A DNA stretch of 64,000 nt, taken from positions 736,001 to 800,000 of the forward strand of contig CAWFGE010000012.1 in NCBI GenBank assembly GCA_963815195.1, in the 5' to 3' direction. Each line of letters begins with the position of its first letter. Within the stretch, counting starts at the first letter, position 1. The notes beneath the pieces are model-generated. The model had not been told where the DNA came from, searched no databases, and was given only the letters and a program-made list of their open reading frames with translations. Position numbers and translations under genes: made by a program. Positions 15,883 through 28,795 of this stretch are shown here, piece by piece. This stretch comes from an uncultured Planctomycetaceae bacterium. GTDB taxonomy: Bacteria; Planctomycetota; Planctomycetia; Planctomycetales; Planctomycetaceae.

Positions 15883-16404
15883 TTAGACCGGGATCGTTTC
15901 CACGAGGTCGCGGACCAGGCGGGAGAGGACTTCGTGGGTGACCTGCAGATCGACCGGCGTACGGCCGGTCTCGCCTTTGATCGATTCATACCGCTTGAGC
16001 GAAAAGCTCCCGCCCGCGCTCGACGAGAGCAGCACTTCGTAGAACAGCCGTTTGTCCGGCTGGTTCGACGGGGCGGTGGAGCGGATCAGGATTTGGCCGC
16101 TGTCGGGTTCGAACTCCAGGGGGCCGAGGTTTTCCAGCAAATAGGTGATCCGGGTGCAAAGGGCCTCCGCCCATTGCCGGAGCACATCGTCCGAGGCAGC
16201 CTTCATCGAAGGGACGTTGAGCCGCAGTTCCTGAACCGCGCAGCTCAACCGGTCGACCTCCATGAAATCCAACTGCACCTCCATTGTCTCCGCCGGGTTT
16301 CGCGGGTCGCGCGTGGCGAGTTTCGTGGTGTGGGGCGTCGTCGCGGAAAGTCCGCTCAGCTTCTGGAGTTCGCTATTCAAATTGTGGATGAGCGTGGCAG
16401 ACAT
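15883..16404 (-). CDS. Hypothetical protein downstream of spoVR
   Basis: 173-aa ORF with GAGG RBS and genome-like codon usage; no family recognised. Confidence 0.65.
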   Translation of the reverse strand: MSATLIHNLNSELQKLSGLSATTPHTTKLATRDPRNPAETMEVQLDFMEVDRLSCAVQELRLNVPSMKAASDDVLRQWAEALCTRITYLLENLGPLEFEPDSGQILIRSTAPSNQPDKRLFYEVLLSSSAGGSFSLKRYESIKGETGRTPVDLQVTHEVLSRLVRDLVETIPV

Positions 16405-16494
16405 CGGTCGGTCCTCAGGGGTGGGTATGTCGGGGTATGGGAAAAACGGGGGAAAATGTCTCTATCTTTCGGTCCTTCGAAAGTCGTTCGGCTC

Positions 16495-18015
16495 TCAGCG
16501 GGGCGTGACTTCATGCGAATAACCGTCGTAGGACAGAACGGACGGGATGTCATCGATGACGGTCGCGATATGCACCGGCCGCGACCAGAGCTTCTCCAGG
16601 TTCTGGAGCGTGTCGCGGGCATAGTCCATCTTGAGTTCGACTCCCTGATATTGATGCTCCAAAAACAGTTCGCCGCGGTTCTTATAGTTGCCGTCCACCA
16701 CATAGATGAACGGCCGGCCAAAGTTTGTCAGCGAATGCAGTAGCTGCTGTTTGATCTTCTCGAACTCGCGGGAAGCGATTTCGTAGTAGTTGGTCGCCTC
16801 GTTATACGCAAACGAGAACATTTTATGTTTCGCGCAGAACTCCGGAGTGAGGAAGGTATCAATAAAGGTTAGGTCATTATGCACCCGCCGGACTTCGAAA
16901 ATCTTCTCGCGGCCGAGGCCGAGCTGTTTGTCCCAACGCTCTTTCTCGCGCACATCGTCGCAGCGGTCATAATCGGAACCAAACTGGCCTTTGTTCCAGC
17001 GTTCCTCGATGTCGCGAAAGAGTTCCAGCCCGAGCTTATAAGGGTTTAAGCGATTCGGGCTGGTGGCGACGGTGCCGCTGTGATGGTCGGCATAGCAGAC
17101 AAGCTCCGCATCCGTCAGCGCGTGCTGCGTCATGATCGTCGTATGCCAATAGCTGGCCCAGCCTTCGTTCATGATTTTCGTCTGCCCTTGCGGGGCGAAA
17201 TAGTAGGCCTCGTCGCGGATGATCGAAAGCACATCGTGCTGCCAATCCTGTAAGGGGGCGTTCTCCAACAGGAACAATAAGACATCGCGTTCGGGCTGGT
17301 CGGGGAAGCTGCGGCTGCGGATTTTCTCTTCCGCCTGCCGTTGCCGTTCCCGGGCTTCCGCAGCCAGGACTTCCGGCGGGTTGATAAAGTCGTCCATATA
17401 GCCTTTGGAAGGAAACCGGCCGGGCGAGTTCTCTTCGCGCTTCTCGTCCTTCTTCTGTTTCTCGGCCCGCGAGGGTTTGGTGTCTTTGCGCTTGATGAAC
17501 AGCGAATGCGGATCGATCAAGTCCTCGATCGACAGGCAGGCGTCGATGAACTCTTCCACGGGCTCGTAACCATAGCGGTCCACATAGCGGTTCACGCGGG
17601 CGGCGTGGTTGGCCATCTGGTCGAGCATCCGCCGATTCGTCTTGGAGAACCACGCATTATTCTTAAAAAAATCGCAGTGCCCATAGACATGCGCAATCAC
17701 AAGTTTCTGGTCGGTGATTTCATTCGCCGTCAGCAGGTACGCATAACACGGGTCGGTGTTGATGACCATTTCATAGATCTTTTGAAGACCATAGGAATAG
17801 CCTTTCATCAACTCGTCGAACTGGGCCCCGAACCGCCAGTGGGGATACCGCTGCGGAAAACCGCCGTAAGCGGCGAGCATGCTCATTTCTTCGTAGTCCA
17901 CCATTTCGAAAATGGTCTCGAAGAAATCCAATCCGTATTCGCTTGCTTTTTTTTCCAGGTCATCCTGGATGGCGCGAATGTTTTGAGGCAAAGGCCTATA
18001 GGTGCTAGTCGTCAT
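16495..18015 (-). CDS. spoVR: SpoVR family protein (YcgB-like)
   Basis: RYPHWRFG, KIYEMVIN.DPCYAYL, AHVYGHCDFFKNN, TKIMNEGWASYWH, NPYKLG. Confidence 0.93.
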   Translation of the reverse strand: MTTSTYRPLPQNIRAIQDDLEKKASEYGLDFFETIFEMVDYEEMSMLAAYGGFPQRYPHWRFGAQFDELMKGYSYGLQKIYEMVINTDPCYAYLLTANEITDQKLVIAHVYGHCDFFKNNAWFSKTNRRMLDQMANHAARVNRYVDRYGYEPVEEFIDACLSIEDLIDPHSLFIKRKDTKPSRAEKQKKDEKREENSPGRFPSKGYMDDFINPPEVLAAEARERQRQAEEKIRSRSFPDQPERDVLLFLLENAPLQDWQHDVLSIIRDEAYYFAPQGQTKIMNEGWASYWHTTIMTQHALTDAELVCYADHHSGTVATSPNRLNPYKLGLELFRDIEERWNKGQFGSDYDRCDDVREKERWDKQLGLGREKIFEVRRVHNDLTFIDTFLTPEFCAKHKMFSFAYNEATNYYEIASREFEKIKQQLLHSLTNFGRPFIYVVDGNYKNRGELFLEHQYQGVELKMDYARDTLQNLEKLWSRPVHIATVIDDIPSVLSYDGYSHEVTPR

Positions 18016-18021
18016 GTTCGT

Positions 18022-18624
18022 CTATCCATTGTTTATGTCGCCATTACCGGCGTCGGATTTTGGGCGAGGCGGAAAGATTTCCGCAACTGGGCAAGCAAAT
18101 CCCGCCAACACAGATTCGCCGGAAAGTTGGTCGTCTTCCTTCAAAAGTTGCACGCTTCCGTCCGCCCGGTAAACCATCAGCGTGCGGGTGGCCGGATCAA
18201 TGACCCAGATCAGCGGCACGCGAGCGTCAAGATACTCGAACACTTTCCGAATCACATCCCCATAAAGATCATTCGGGGAAACGACTTCGGCCACGAGATC
18301 CGGAGCAATTCGGAGATGGCCGTCTGGCAGTTCGTCATCGGGTAAACGTCCCGCCTGAAGAAACGACACATCGGGCTTGCGGACGCGGTTGGGGTGATTG
18401 GGAAAACATTGGTAGCTCGAATCGGACGGGAAAACCCAACCGAGTTGTCGGTCCTGGTTTCGGAGATGGAGAGTCAACAATCCGAAAAGCTGCCCGGCAA
18501 TCCAGCTCGACTTGATTCCCATGTCCCGCTCCACAAGTTGGCCGTCCACGAGTTCGTAAAGATCCCCGTCGGGCATGGTCAGCAAGTCTTCTGCGGTATA
18601 ACTTGTAGAGATCGTGGTGCTCAT
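18022..18624 (-). CDS. Uma2 family (DUF820) PD-(D/E)xK endonuclease
   Basis: YELVDGQLVE, RKPDVSF, APDLVAEVVSPND, IWVIDP. Confidence 0.9.
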   Translation of the reverse strand: MSTTISTSYTAEDLLTMPDGDLYELVDGQLVERDMGIKSSWIAGQLFGLLTLHLRNQDRQLGWVFPSDSSYQCFPNHPNRVRKPDVSFLQAGRLPDDELPDGHLRIAPDLVAEVVSPNDLYGDVIRKVFEYLDARVPLIWVIDPATRTLMVYRADGSVQLLKEDDQLSGESVLAGFACPVAEIFPPRPKSDAGNGDINNG

Positions 18625-18692
18625 GTCACTTACTCGGAACCTGGATTTCGTCAGGATTGTTCAAGGCGCTGCGATCACGGAGCGATCGGCGT

Positions 18693-19799
18693 TCAGCGTC
18701 CCGTTCCCAGAAACTCCTTAATGGAATCATAGATCGCTTCTTTATTCTCAATCTCAGACAGAACGAGGTTGTCCCACTCGTCCTGGATCCGCAATAGGTC
18801 GCGGATAAAGTCGCCGGAACCGTAGGGGCTTTCGACCTGGCCGTAACAGAACAGATTGCTGATGGGCAGGAGTTTTTCCTTGAGGATTTCGAGGCAGGTG
18901 TCGCTGTCTTCGCCCCAATTGTCGCCGTCGGAAAACTGGAAGCAGTAGATGTTCCATTCATCGGGCGGGAAGTCGCGCTGGATGATCTTCACCGCCCCGC
19001 GGTAGGCCGAGGAAATCCGCGTGCCGCCGCTTTCCCGCGTGCGGTAGAAGGTGTCTTCATCGACTTCGCGGGCGACGGCATCGTGGATGATGTACCGCCT
19101 TTGCACGCCGTCGTATTGTTTTTGCAGCCAGGTGTCGATCCAGAAGGATTCGATGCGGACGATCTCTTTTTGCTCGTCGGTCATCGAGCCGGAAACGTCC
19201 ATCATATAGATGATCGCGGCATTGGTTTCCGGTTCTTCCACCGTCTTCCAACTGCGAAACCGCTCGTCGTCGCTGGTGGGGATGATCACCGGCTTTTGGG
19301 GGTCGTATTGATTGGACGCGATCTGCCGGCGGAGGGCGCGTTTGTAGGTCCGCTTGAAATGCCTTAGCGAATCCGGCCCGGTTGGGCGGATGCTGGTGTA
19401 TTTGTCCTTCTTGGAGGAGATATTGTTTTTGCCTTTGGGTTCGATATTCGGGAGTTCGAGGGCTTCGCCGAGCATTTCCGCGAGTTCGTCGAGGGTGACT
19501 TCGACTTCGCGGATGTGGCCGCCCGGTTGATCGCCGGCTTGCCCCGCGCCGTCGCCGTCCTGCTGTCCGCGGCCGATGGGCTGGCCTTCCTCGCCTTCGC
19601 CTTGCCCGACGCCTCCGGACCCTTTCTGGCCGTGGCGGAAGTGGGGAATCTCCACGTTGGGGACGGGGATGCTCACCAGTTCCCGGCCTTTGCGGCCGAT
19701 CATCTCGCCGTGGGTGACATACTTCCGCAAGTTCTCGCGGACCTTGCCCCGCACGATTTTTTTGAAGCGCTGCGTGTCGCGATCAATGCTGCGGCTCAT
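18693..19799 (-). CDS. yeaH: DUF444 / YeaH-YhbH family vWA protein
   Basis: [33 protein letters not shown]; lies between prkA and spoVR. Confidence 0.9.
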   Translation of the reverse strand: MSRSIDRDTQRFKKIVRGKVRENLRKYVTHGEMIGRKGRELVSIPVPNVEIPHFRHGQKGSGGVGQGEGEEGQPIGRGQQDGDGAGQAGDQPGGHIREVEVTLDELAEMLGEALELPNIEPKGKNNISSKKDKYTSIRPTGPDSLRHFKRTYKRALRRQIASNQYDPQKPVIIPTSDDERFRSWKTVEEPETNAAIIYMMDVSGSMTDEQKEIVRIESFWIDTWLQKQYDGVQRRYIIHDAVAREVDEDTFYRTRESGGTRISSAYRGAVKIIQRDFPPDEWNIYCFQFSDGDNWGEDSDTCLEILKEKLLPISNLFCYGQVESPYGSGDFIRDLLRIQDEWDNLVLSEIENKEAIYDSIKEFLGTGR

Positions 19800-20467
19800 G
19801 ATTTGTTCTCTTTCTGTTCCGTCGCTTTTGCTTGCCCCGCGGCGAACAGGGCCGACACGTCCAAGGCGAACTCCGGCAGCAACACGGACGTGGCCGACTG
19901 TCCCTTGGTGAAGTTCCCATGCTCGCGGTAGCGTTCGCCATCGAGCGCGAGGATAAGGACGGTTTTGGTTTCCGGATCGATGATCCAATACTCGCTGATC
20001 CCCGCCTGGGCGTATTCGTCGCGTTTGGTTTCGAGGTCGCGTTTGCGAGCTTCCTCGCCGGGACTAACAATTTCGACGACCAGGTCGGCTCCGTTTGGCT
20101 GGCGAGTCAGATCCGTCAATCGTTCATGGCGAAGGAACACAATGTCCGGTTCGCGAAATTGTCCCTTCCAGAGCCGAATCGCCATCGGAGACGGAAAAAC
20201 CATCCCCAAATCCCGCTCGGAAACGTATTGTCTAAGGTGATCCAAGACGAAGAGCAGGAACAATTGATGCAGCGGTGGAGGCATCGGCAAAAACTCCAGG
20301 CAGCCATTGGAGAGTTCGATCAGACGGTTGGTGTCCAATGCGAGGTATTCCGCCTCCGTCCATTGCCCTTGCTCGGGGTAGAGATACGCAATCTCCCAGG
20401 TGGGTGTGCCCTTTTGGGATCGCACTTTCGCTGTCTGGGCGGGTTGGACTTCTGTTTGGGTGCTCAT
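19796..20467 (-). CDS. Uma2 family endonuclease (tandem copy 2)
   Basis: [50 protein letters not shown]; stop overlaps yeaH start (ATGA). Confidence 0.9.
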   Translation of the reverse strand: MSTQTEVQPAQTAKVRSQKGTPTWEIAYLYPEQGQWTEAEYLALDTNRLIELSNGCLEFLPMPPPLHQLFLLFVLDHLRQYVSERDLGMVFPSPMAIRLWKGQFREPDIVFLRHERLTDLTRQPNGADLVVEIVSPGEEARKRDLETKRDEYAQAGISEYWIIDPETKTVLILALDGERYREHGNFTKGQSATSVLLPEFALDVSALFAAGQAKATEQKENKS

Positions 20468-20518
20468 GCTCGATGCCCGTTCGAATGATTCTGTTTCAGT
20501 TGCAGATGAGACTTCCGC

Positions 20519-21187
20519 TCATGACTCATTCTGTTTCTCTTCGATTTCCGTCTGGCCTGCGGCAAATAGGGCCGCGACGTCCACGGCGAACTCCGGCAAC
20601 AACACGGACGTGGCCGACTGCCCTTTGGTGAAGTTCCCATGCTCGTGGTAGCTCTCGCCTTCGAGCGCGAGGACGGTGACGGTTTCAGCTTCCGGATCGA
20701 TAACCCAATACTCACTGATCCCCGCTTGGGCGTATTCCTTGCGTTTGGTTTCGAGATCCCTTGTTCGAGCCTCTTCGCCGGGACTGACGACTTCAACAAC
20801 CAGATCCGCTCCATTGGGCGGAGTCCGACGATCTATGATGCGTTCGGGTTTGACATACACGACGTCCGGCTCGCGAATTTTTCTCGGGATCGTACGAATT
20901 CGGAGCGGTGCAAAATAGACCCGGCCAAGATTCTGTTGCTCGACGAGCGAAAGCAAAAGCTTATACACAAACGCAACCAAGTCCTGGTGAAACATGTCCG
21001 GCATCGGCAGGAACTCCAAATGTCCATCGCAGAACTCGATGAGCTGATTGGTGTCCAAGGCAAGGTATTCCCCTTCCGTCCACATGCCCTGATCGGGAAA
21101 CAGGAGGGCGATCTCCCAGGTCGGCGTTCCCTTTTGGGAGCGAACTTCAGGAATCTCGGTTGTTTGGGGTTCTGTTTGGGTGCTCAT
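20519..21187 (-). CDS. Uma2 family endonuclease (tandem copy 1)
   Basis: [50 protein letters not shown]. Confidence 0.9.
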   Translation of the reverse strand: MSTQTEPQTTEIPEVRSQKGTPTWEIALLFPDQGMWTEGEYLALDTNQLIEFCDGHLEFLPMPDMFHQDLVAFVYKLLLSLVEQQNLGRVYFAPLRIRTIPRKIREPDVVYVKPERIIDRRTPPNGADLVVEVVSPGEEARTRDLETKRKEYAQAGISEYWVIDPEAETVTVLALEGESYHEHGNFTKGQSATSVLLPEFAVDVAALFAAGQTEIEEKQNES

Positions 21188-21305
21188 GCTTGATGCCCCG
21201 GTTTGGTGTTGATGACTCGAAAGTGCATCCACCTCCTGTGTTATTGGCCGCACGGCTATTTTCGCACGAACCGGCCGGCTTACGCCGGCCGCTCGCCGTT
21301 TTGAC

Positions 21306-23363
<2,058 letters not shown>

Positions 23364-23959
23364 ACTATCCTTCCCCTTGAAATGAAAACCGTTGACGTCA
23401 CCCTCAAAGCCCCTTGCGAAGCGGGACTTTGTTCCGGCCCGGCGGTTCAGGAAGGAAAACTCCTGTTAGCGCAGGCTGAACCTCCTCGTCCTGACCGAGC
23501 CATAAAAAATGGCACCGGAAAGGCGAGGTGAGGGATGACCATCCATGGTCCAATACCGAATTGTGAAAAACGTGGGAACGAATCTTCCCCCACCAGGGTG
23601 GTGCGGGAAACTCTTTGAATGGAATCCTCCGCAGATCCCATTCCCTTTAGGTGAGCATTAGAATTATCGCAAGTTTTAAGGTCGTGGCAATATCAATGTT
23701 TGTTTGTCAGCAGAAAACCTGCGGAAACAATAGAGGTTGGGACGGGAAAACTGATAGGTCGAGAAAAAGCCGAATTGCTCAAAACTCCTAAAAAACTAGG
23801 GGGATTTCCCGGTAACCTAGTCAAAAAACCAGGTGTCCAGTCCGGATTTCCCTCGCTTTCCGATCAAACCGAAAATCCGACACCTTGAACCGGAGCTATC
23901 AGGAATGGTACGGTTCAAGGAGATTCGACTTTCACAAAAACGGGAAAGAAGGCGGCAGC

Positions 23960-24916
23960 ATGAATCCTCTCCTCATCATCGGCTTGTTGATCGGCGGGCT
24001 GATCGGCCTGGTGTTGATCTTCGCGATGGGCACGTATTTTAGTTTGTGGTTCCGGGCGTTCGTCACGCGGGCCCGGGTGGGGCTGCCGACGCTGGTGATG
24101 ATGTCCTTGCGGAAAGTCAATCCGCGGGTGATCGTCGAATCCAAAATCATGGTCGTGCAAGCCGGGCTGTCGGGGATTTCCAACGCGGAGCTCGAAGCCC
24201 ATTACCTCTCGGGTGGGAACGTCCGGCGGACGGTGCAGGCCATGATCATCGCGCACCGGGCGGACATTCCGCTGGTTTGGAACACCGCCGCCGCGATCGA
24301 TCTGGCCGGCCGGGACATTTTGGACGCGGTCCGCATGAGTGTCGATCCCAAGGTCATCGACTGCCCCGACCCGCGCGTGCCGCCCGGCCGGACCACGCTG
24401 GATGCGATCGCCAAGAACGGCATTCAATTGAAAGTCCAAGCCCGCGTCACGGTGCGGTCGAATCTGGAGCAGCTCGTGGGCGGTGCCGCGGAGGAAACGG
24501 TGATCGCCCGCGTGGGCGAAGGCATCGTCTCGGCGATCGGCTCGTCGGAAACGCATTCTGACGTCTTGTCCAATCCGATGGTCATCGCCCGCCGGGTCTT
24601 GGAACGGGGCCTCGATTCGCAGACGGCGTTCGAGATCGTGTCCATCGACATCGCCAACATCGACGTGGGCGAGAACGTGGGAGCGAGGCTGCAAGTCGAT
24701 CAAGCCGAAGCCGACGTCCGCGTGGCCCGCGCGCATGCGGAAGAACGCCGAGCCCGAGCCGTCGCCGCCGAGCAGGAAATGCTGGCCCTCACCGTGGAGA
24801 ACCGGGCCCAAGTCGTGCTCGCCGAAGCCGAGATCCCCAAAGCCGCCGCCGAAGCCTTCCGCACGGGAAACCTGGGCGGCAAAAAGCGAAGGCAGAAACA
24901 GAACGGGATGGGGTGA
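23960..24916 (+). CDS. floA: Flotillin-like protein FloA (YqfA/UPF0365)
   Basis: [67 protein letters not shown]. Confidence 0.9.
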   Translation: MNPLLIIGLLIGGLIGLVLIFAMGTYFSLWFRAFVTRARVGLPTLVMMSLRKVNPRVIVESKIMVVQAGLSGISNAELEAHYLSGGNVRRTVQAMIIAHRADIPLVWNTAAAIDLAGRDILDAVRMSVDPKVIDCPDPRVPPGRTTLDAIAKNGIQLKVQARVTVRSNLEQLVGGAAEETVIARVGEGIVSAIGSSETHSDVLSNPMVIARRVLERGLDSQTAFEIVSIDIANIDVGENVGARLQVDQAEADVRVARAHAEERRARAVAAEQEMLALTVENRAQVVLAEAEIPKAAAEAFRTGNLGGKKRRQKQNGMG

Positions 24917-24945
24917 GAATATTTCATCACTAAACGACAGTCGCC

Positions 24946-25968
24946 ATGTCATCGTCCATTTCAAACTGTCCGTGGACAACCGATTTTTTCATCGCCGTGT
25001 CGATGATTCTTTGGTTCTTGACACCAAGAAGCCAAGCCGCACCGCCCGAGCGAAAAGTGGATCCCGCGATCCAAAAGCTTATAGAAAAAGCCGTGGCTGC
25101 GAGGGACGCCGCTCGAAAAGCCATCCCCCGCGCTCGCGGTGCGGGAACCTACAAGGTGACGATAACCGAGAAGGATCAGACCGTCAGTTACAAAGAGCGG
25201 TCCGAGTTTCGAATGGCGTTCAACCGCCCCGACCACTTTATCCAATTCCGCTACAAGCCGGGTGCGGGATATGAAGATCCCGATGTTTATGCCCGGGTGG
25301 TTCTCTCCCAAGACAAGGCGATTTGTGAAAGCCGGTTCTGCCAGCGCATCGCCGGTGGCGCGGAGGCTCAAATCACCGAAGCCGTCGAAAACGGTTCGCT
25401 GGCCCCGGTGGCGTGGATGTCCGGCGATCTCTTTGGCTATTACAGCTCCATCGAAAATCTTCTGAAGAACAAACGGCTGCGGCTTTCCCTCCAAGACAAA
25501 AACGGCCTGAAGGTCGTGACGGGGAGGAACGCAAAAAAGACATACGCGATAGAGTTTTCGATCGATCCCCAAAACGGCGACCACATCGTTCGTTACCGTC
25601 TCTGGAATTTCACCGGAAAGAAACCATTCGCAAGCACCGATGTCACGCGGGAATGGAAGAAGACGGGCAAGCTGTGGTACGTCAAACGCTGTTTTTATGG
25701 CGCCAAATCTCACATGGACGGCATTGTTCATCAAACCGAAGAGATCGAACTTGTGCTCGATACCTTTGAGCCGAACGTCGAGATCCCGAAAGAAGTCTTC
25801 ACCGTGCATGCCCTGGGATTGCCCGAGGGCGTACGAATCCTTCCCAATGATCCAAACGATCCCGACGAGCCGATCGAACGCTATCAGCCCGATCCCAAGT
25901 TCGACGTCTCCAAAGTCGAGCGAGTCGTCGGCAAACTTCCAAAGGTGAAGCCAAAGACGAATCCGTGA
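24946..25968 (+). CDS. Hypothetical exported protein
   Basis: 340-aa ORF, hydrophobic N-terminal segment, Lys-rich and probably beta-rich body. Confidence 0.65.
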   Translation: MSSSISNCPWTTDFFIAVSMILWFLTPRSQAAPPERKVDPAIQKLIEKAVAARDAARKAIPRARGAGTYKVTITEKDQTVSYKERSEFRMAFNRPDHFIQFRYKPGAGYEDPDVYARVVLSQDKAICESRFCQRIAGGAEAQITEAVENGSLAPVAWMSGDLFGYYSSIENLLKNKRLRLSLQDKNGLKVVTGRNAKKTYAIEFSIDPQNGDHIVRYRLWNFTGKKPFASTDVTREWKKTGKLWYVKRCFYGAKSHMDGIVHQTEEIELVLDTFEPNVEIPKEVFTVHALGLPEGVRILPNDPNDPDEPIERYQPDPKFDVSKVERVVGKLPKVKPKTNP

Positions 25969-25972
25969 CCGA

Positions 25973-26761
25973 TCACAGCATCCGCAGAATGAGTCTGATG
26001 CCGACGAAACACAGCGCCGCGGCGAGCAGGCGGACGATCAAAGAGCCTTGGACTTTCGAGGAGAGCGCGGCTCCCAACGGGGCACCCATCATCACGCCCA
26101 CCGCCAGGTACATCGTGCGGTTGAGGCCTTCGGAAAATTCCCCCATCACGACGTGGGTGATGGTCGCGGTGAGGGCCATGAAGGTTAACACGAAATGCGA
26201 GGTCGCGGTCGCCGAGTGCGGAGGCATGCGGAGCACGCGGATCAAAAACGGCACGTGAATGATCCCGCCGCCGATGCCTAAAAGACTCGACAACACGGCG
26301 ATATAGGCGCTGCCGATGGAGCCGAGCCGGGCGTGCGGCGTGTCGGTGCCGGTGCTCTCGACGCCGGTTTCGAGTTCCCGGCCGCCTAAGGGATCGCGGA
26401 TCAAAAACGCGCCGATGCCGAACAACAAGACGCCGAACAAGAGGTCAAACAGCGTCCGGGGCACCTCATGCACCAACTGCACGCCGAGGATCGCCCCCGG
26501 CACGCCCGCGATGGAAAACAGCGTCCCCGCGTAATAATTGATCCGGCCCATCCGCATATAGGCGATGGTCCCGCTGTAGGCGTTGAAGAACACCACACCC
26601 AAGGAGATGGCCGTCACCGACGCGGGCGTCGCATCGGGCAACATAAAGAGCAGCACCGGCACCAACACGGAACCGCCCCCCGCACCCACCAGAGTGCCGT
26701 AAGCGCCCACGGCAAAACCCAACGGGGCCAGGTATGCAAATTCCACCATGTCCGGCGTCAC
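25973..26761 (-). CDS. Sulfite exporter TauE/SafE family protein
   Basis: Twice-repeated GxxxGxGGG motif (GTLVGAGGG, SSLLGIGGG), multiple TM helices. Confidence 0.88.
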   Translation of the reverse strand: MTPDMVEFAYLAPLGFAVGAYGTLVGAGGGSVLVPVLLFMLPDATPASVTAISLGVVFFNAYSGTIAYMRMGRINYYAGTLFSIAGVPGAILGVQLVHEVPRTLFDLLFGVLLFGIGAFLIRDPLGGRELETGVESTGTDTPHARLGSIGSAYIAVLSSLLGIGGGIIHVPFLIRVLRMPPHSATATSHFVLTFMALTATITHVVMGEFSEGLNRTMYLAVGVMMGAPLGAALSSKVQGSLIVRLLAAALCFVGIRLILRML

Positions 26762-26776
26762 GAGGGCGAGCCTCCG

Positions 26777-26947
26777 TCAAATCTGAAAATCAAAATAATC
26801 CTGTTGGCGGTCCCGGTCGGGCTTGGGTGTGGGCCGGCCATTCGGGGATTCGGGCCACAGCCGCCGCGTCACCACTTCCGCGAGATAGCCCCACAGAAAC
26901 GGAACGACCGCGACGGCCAAAATCAACAAAACGGTCTCGGTCTTCAT
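26777..26947 (-). CDS. Small single-TM hypothetical protein
   Basis: MKTETVLLILAVAVVPFLWGYL...DYFDFQI, co-oriented directly upstream of the tauE gene. Confidence 0.5.
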   Translation of the reverse strand: MKTETVLLILAVAVVPFLWGYLAEVVTRRLWPESPNGRPTPKPDRDRQQDYFDFQI

Positions 26948-26975
26948 CGGCGAAACACAACTTTCTCTCAGCCAA

Positions 26976-27185
26976 ATGAGCGGCACGGCGCTAGCCGCCG
27001 GTCTGGATATCGGCGGGTTCCCCTTCATCGACCGGAGGCTACGCGCCTACCGCTCACAAAATGAGCGGCACGGCGCTAGCCGCCGGTCTGGATATCGGCG
27101 GGTTCCCCTTCATCGACCGGAGGCTAGCGCCTACCGCTCACAAAATGAGCGGCACGGCGCTAGCCGCCGGTCTGGATATCGGCGG
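26976..27185. repeat. Tandem array of 2.5 x 84/85-bp REP-doublet units (BIME/REPIN-like)
   Basis: Units start at 26976, 27061 and 27145; each is tgagcggcacggcgctagccgccggt...accggaggctagcgcctaccgctca. Confidence 0.9.
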
Positions 27186-27313
27186 TGATCCGCATTGTAG
27201 GGGCAATGACCGGATCGGCAAAGCCAGGGAGCGCGGCGTTGTAATCTCCGGCGATCCTTGGCAGGATGTTTTTGTTGTGAGACGAAAACCACCGGGATGG
27301 GGAGTGGGCGACC

Positions 27314-28795
27314 ATGCGAATCGGGATCATCGCTTTTTTGCAGGAATCCAACACCTTCGTCTCCGAGGCGACGACGTTGAATCACTTCGAGGAGGATTTG
27401 CTGGCCGAGGGCGAAGCGGTCCACGAACGGCTGGCGGCGGCCCATCACGAAGTCGGCGGATTTTTTGCGGGGCTGGAGGAAGAACGCTTGGAAGCCGTGC
27501 CGCTGTTCGCCGCCCGCGCCGTGCCGCACGGCACGATGACCGACGACACGCTCGAAGCGCTGCTGTCGCGGATGTTCGATTGCCTGAACGCCGCCGGCCC
27601 GCTCGATGGATTGCTCTTGGCAGCCCACGGGGCGACAGTCAGCCAGTCCGTCCCGGATGTGGATGGCTATTGGCTGGGCAAGATTCGAGAAACGGTCGGA
27701 TCGAAAACGCCGATCGTGGCCACGCTCGATCCGCATGCGAATCTGTCGCCCAAGATGGTGGCCGCGACCGATGCGTTGGTCGCGTATCAAACGAACCCGC
27801 ATCTCGATCAACGACAGCGCGGCAGGGAAGCGGCGAAGATTCTAGCGGCGGCCGTTCGTGGTGAAGCCCGGCCCACCGGGGCCGCTTCTTTTCCGCCGCT
27901 CGCGATCAACATCGAACGCCAACTCACCGACGAAGAACCCTGCCGCGGCGTGTTCCAGAAAGCGAAGAAACTCGCCGAACGAGAGGATGTGCTCTCGGCG
28001 AGCGTGATTCTGGGCTTTCCCTATGCGGACGTGGCCGAGATGGGTTCCTCGGCCGTGGTGGTGACGAACGATAATCCCGAACTCGTGCGCCGGTTGGCGG
28101 AGGAATTGGGGCAGATGCTTTGGGAGCGACGGGAGGATTTCGTGGGCACGTTCATCGATCCCCAAGATGCGATTCAGGAAGCCCTCGCGCGGGAGCCGCC
28201 GGTGTGCTTGTTGGACATGGGCGACAACGCGGGCGGCGGTTCGCCGGCGGACGGCACAATCCTTGCGCACCTGTTGATCGAGCAGCGAGCGAATGGCTTC
28301 GTGTGCCTCTATGATCCCGCCGCCGCCCAAGCCGCCGAGCAAACCGGAGTTGGAAGAAGATCGCGATTGGAGATGGGCGGCAAAACCGACGACCTGCACG
28401 GTCCGCCGATCTCCGCCGAAGTGGAAGTGCTTTCCCTCCACGATGGCCTCTTCACCGAAAGCAGGCCCCGGCACGGTGGATCGTCCCGGTTCGATCAGGG
28501 CCGAACCGCAATTGTCCGCACGGACAGCGGTTTAACGATCATGCTGACCTCGCGCCGCCAACCGCCGTTCAGCTTGTCGCAGCTCACGCAGTTCGGTTTG
28601 AAGCCGGAATCGTTTCGCGTGATCGTCGCCAAGGGCGTGCATGCTCCGGTCGCGGCGTATCGCGAAGTCTGCCGGAGTTTCATCCGCGTCAACACCCCCG
28701 GCGTCACCGCCGCCGACATGCGGCTTCTGCCTTACCAACACCGCCGCCGGCCGATGTTCCCGTTTGAACCGGACACACAGTGGAGCCCTTCATGA
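27314..28795 (+). CDS. M81 family metallopeptidase (MlrC-like)
   Basis: QESNTF, LAAHGA, TLDPHAN, YQTNPHLD, DMGDNAGGG. Confidence 0.9.
   Translation: MRIGIIAFLQESNTFVSEATTLNHFEEDLLAEGEAVHERLAAAHHEVGGFFAGLEEERLEAVPLFAARAVPHGTMTDDTLEALLSRMFDCLNAAGPLDGLLLAAHGATVSQSVPDVDGYWLGKIRETVGSKTPIVATLDPHANLSPKMVAATDALVAYQTNPHLDQRQRGREAAKILAAAVRGEARPTGAASFPPLAINIERQLTDEEPCRGVFQKAKKLAEREDVLSASVILGFPYADVAEMGSSAVVVTNDNPELVRRLAEELGQMLWERREDFVGTFIDPQDAIQEALAREPPVCLLDMGDNAGGGSPADGTILAHLLIEQRANGFVCLYDPAAAQAAEQTGVGRRSRLEMGGKTDDLHGPPISAEVEVLSLHDGLFTESRPRHGGSSRFDQGRTAIVRTDSGLTIMLTSRRQPPFSLSQLTQFGLKPESFRVIVAKGVHAPVAAYREVCRSFIRVNTPGVTAADMRLLPYQHRRRPMFPFEPDTQWSPS

Noticed and set aside
26976..27185. Possible CRISPR array
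   Set aside because: The spacers are identical, the units are palindromic REP doublets, and there are no cas genes in the window.
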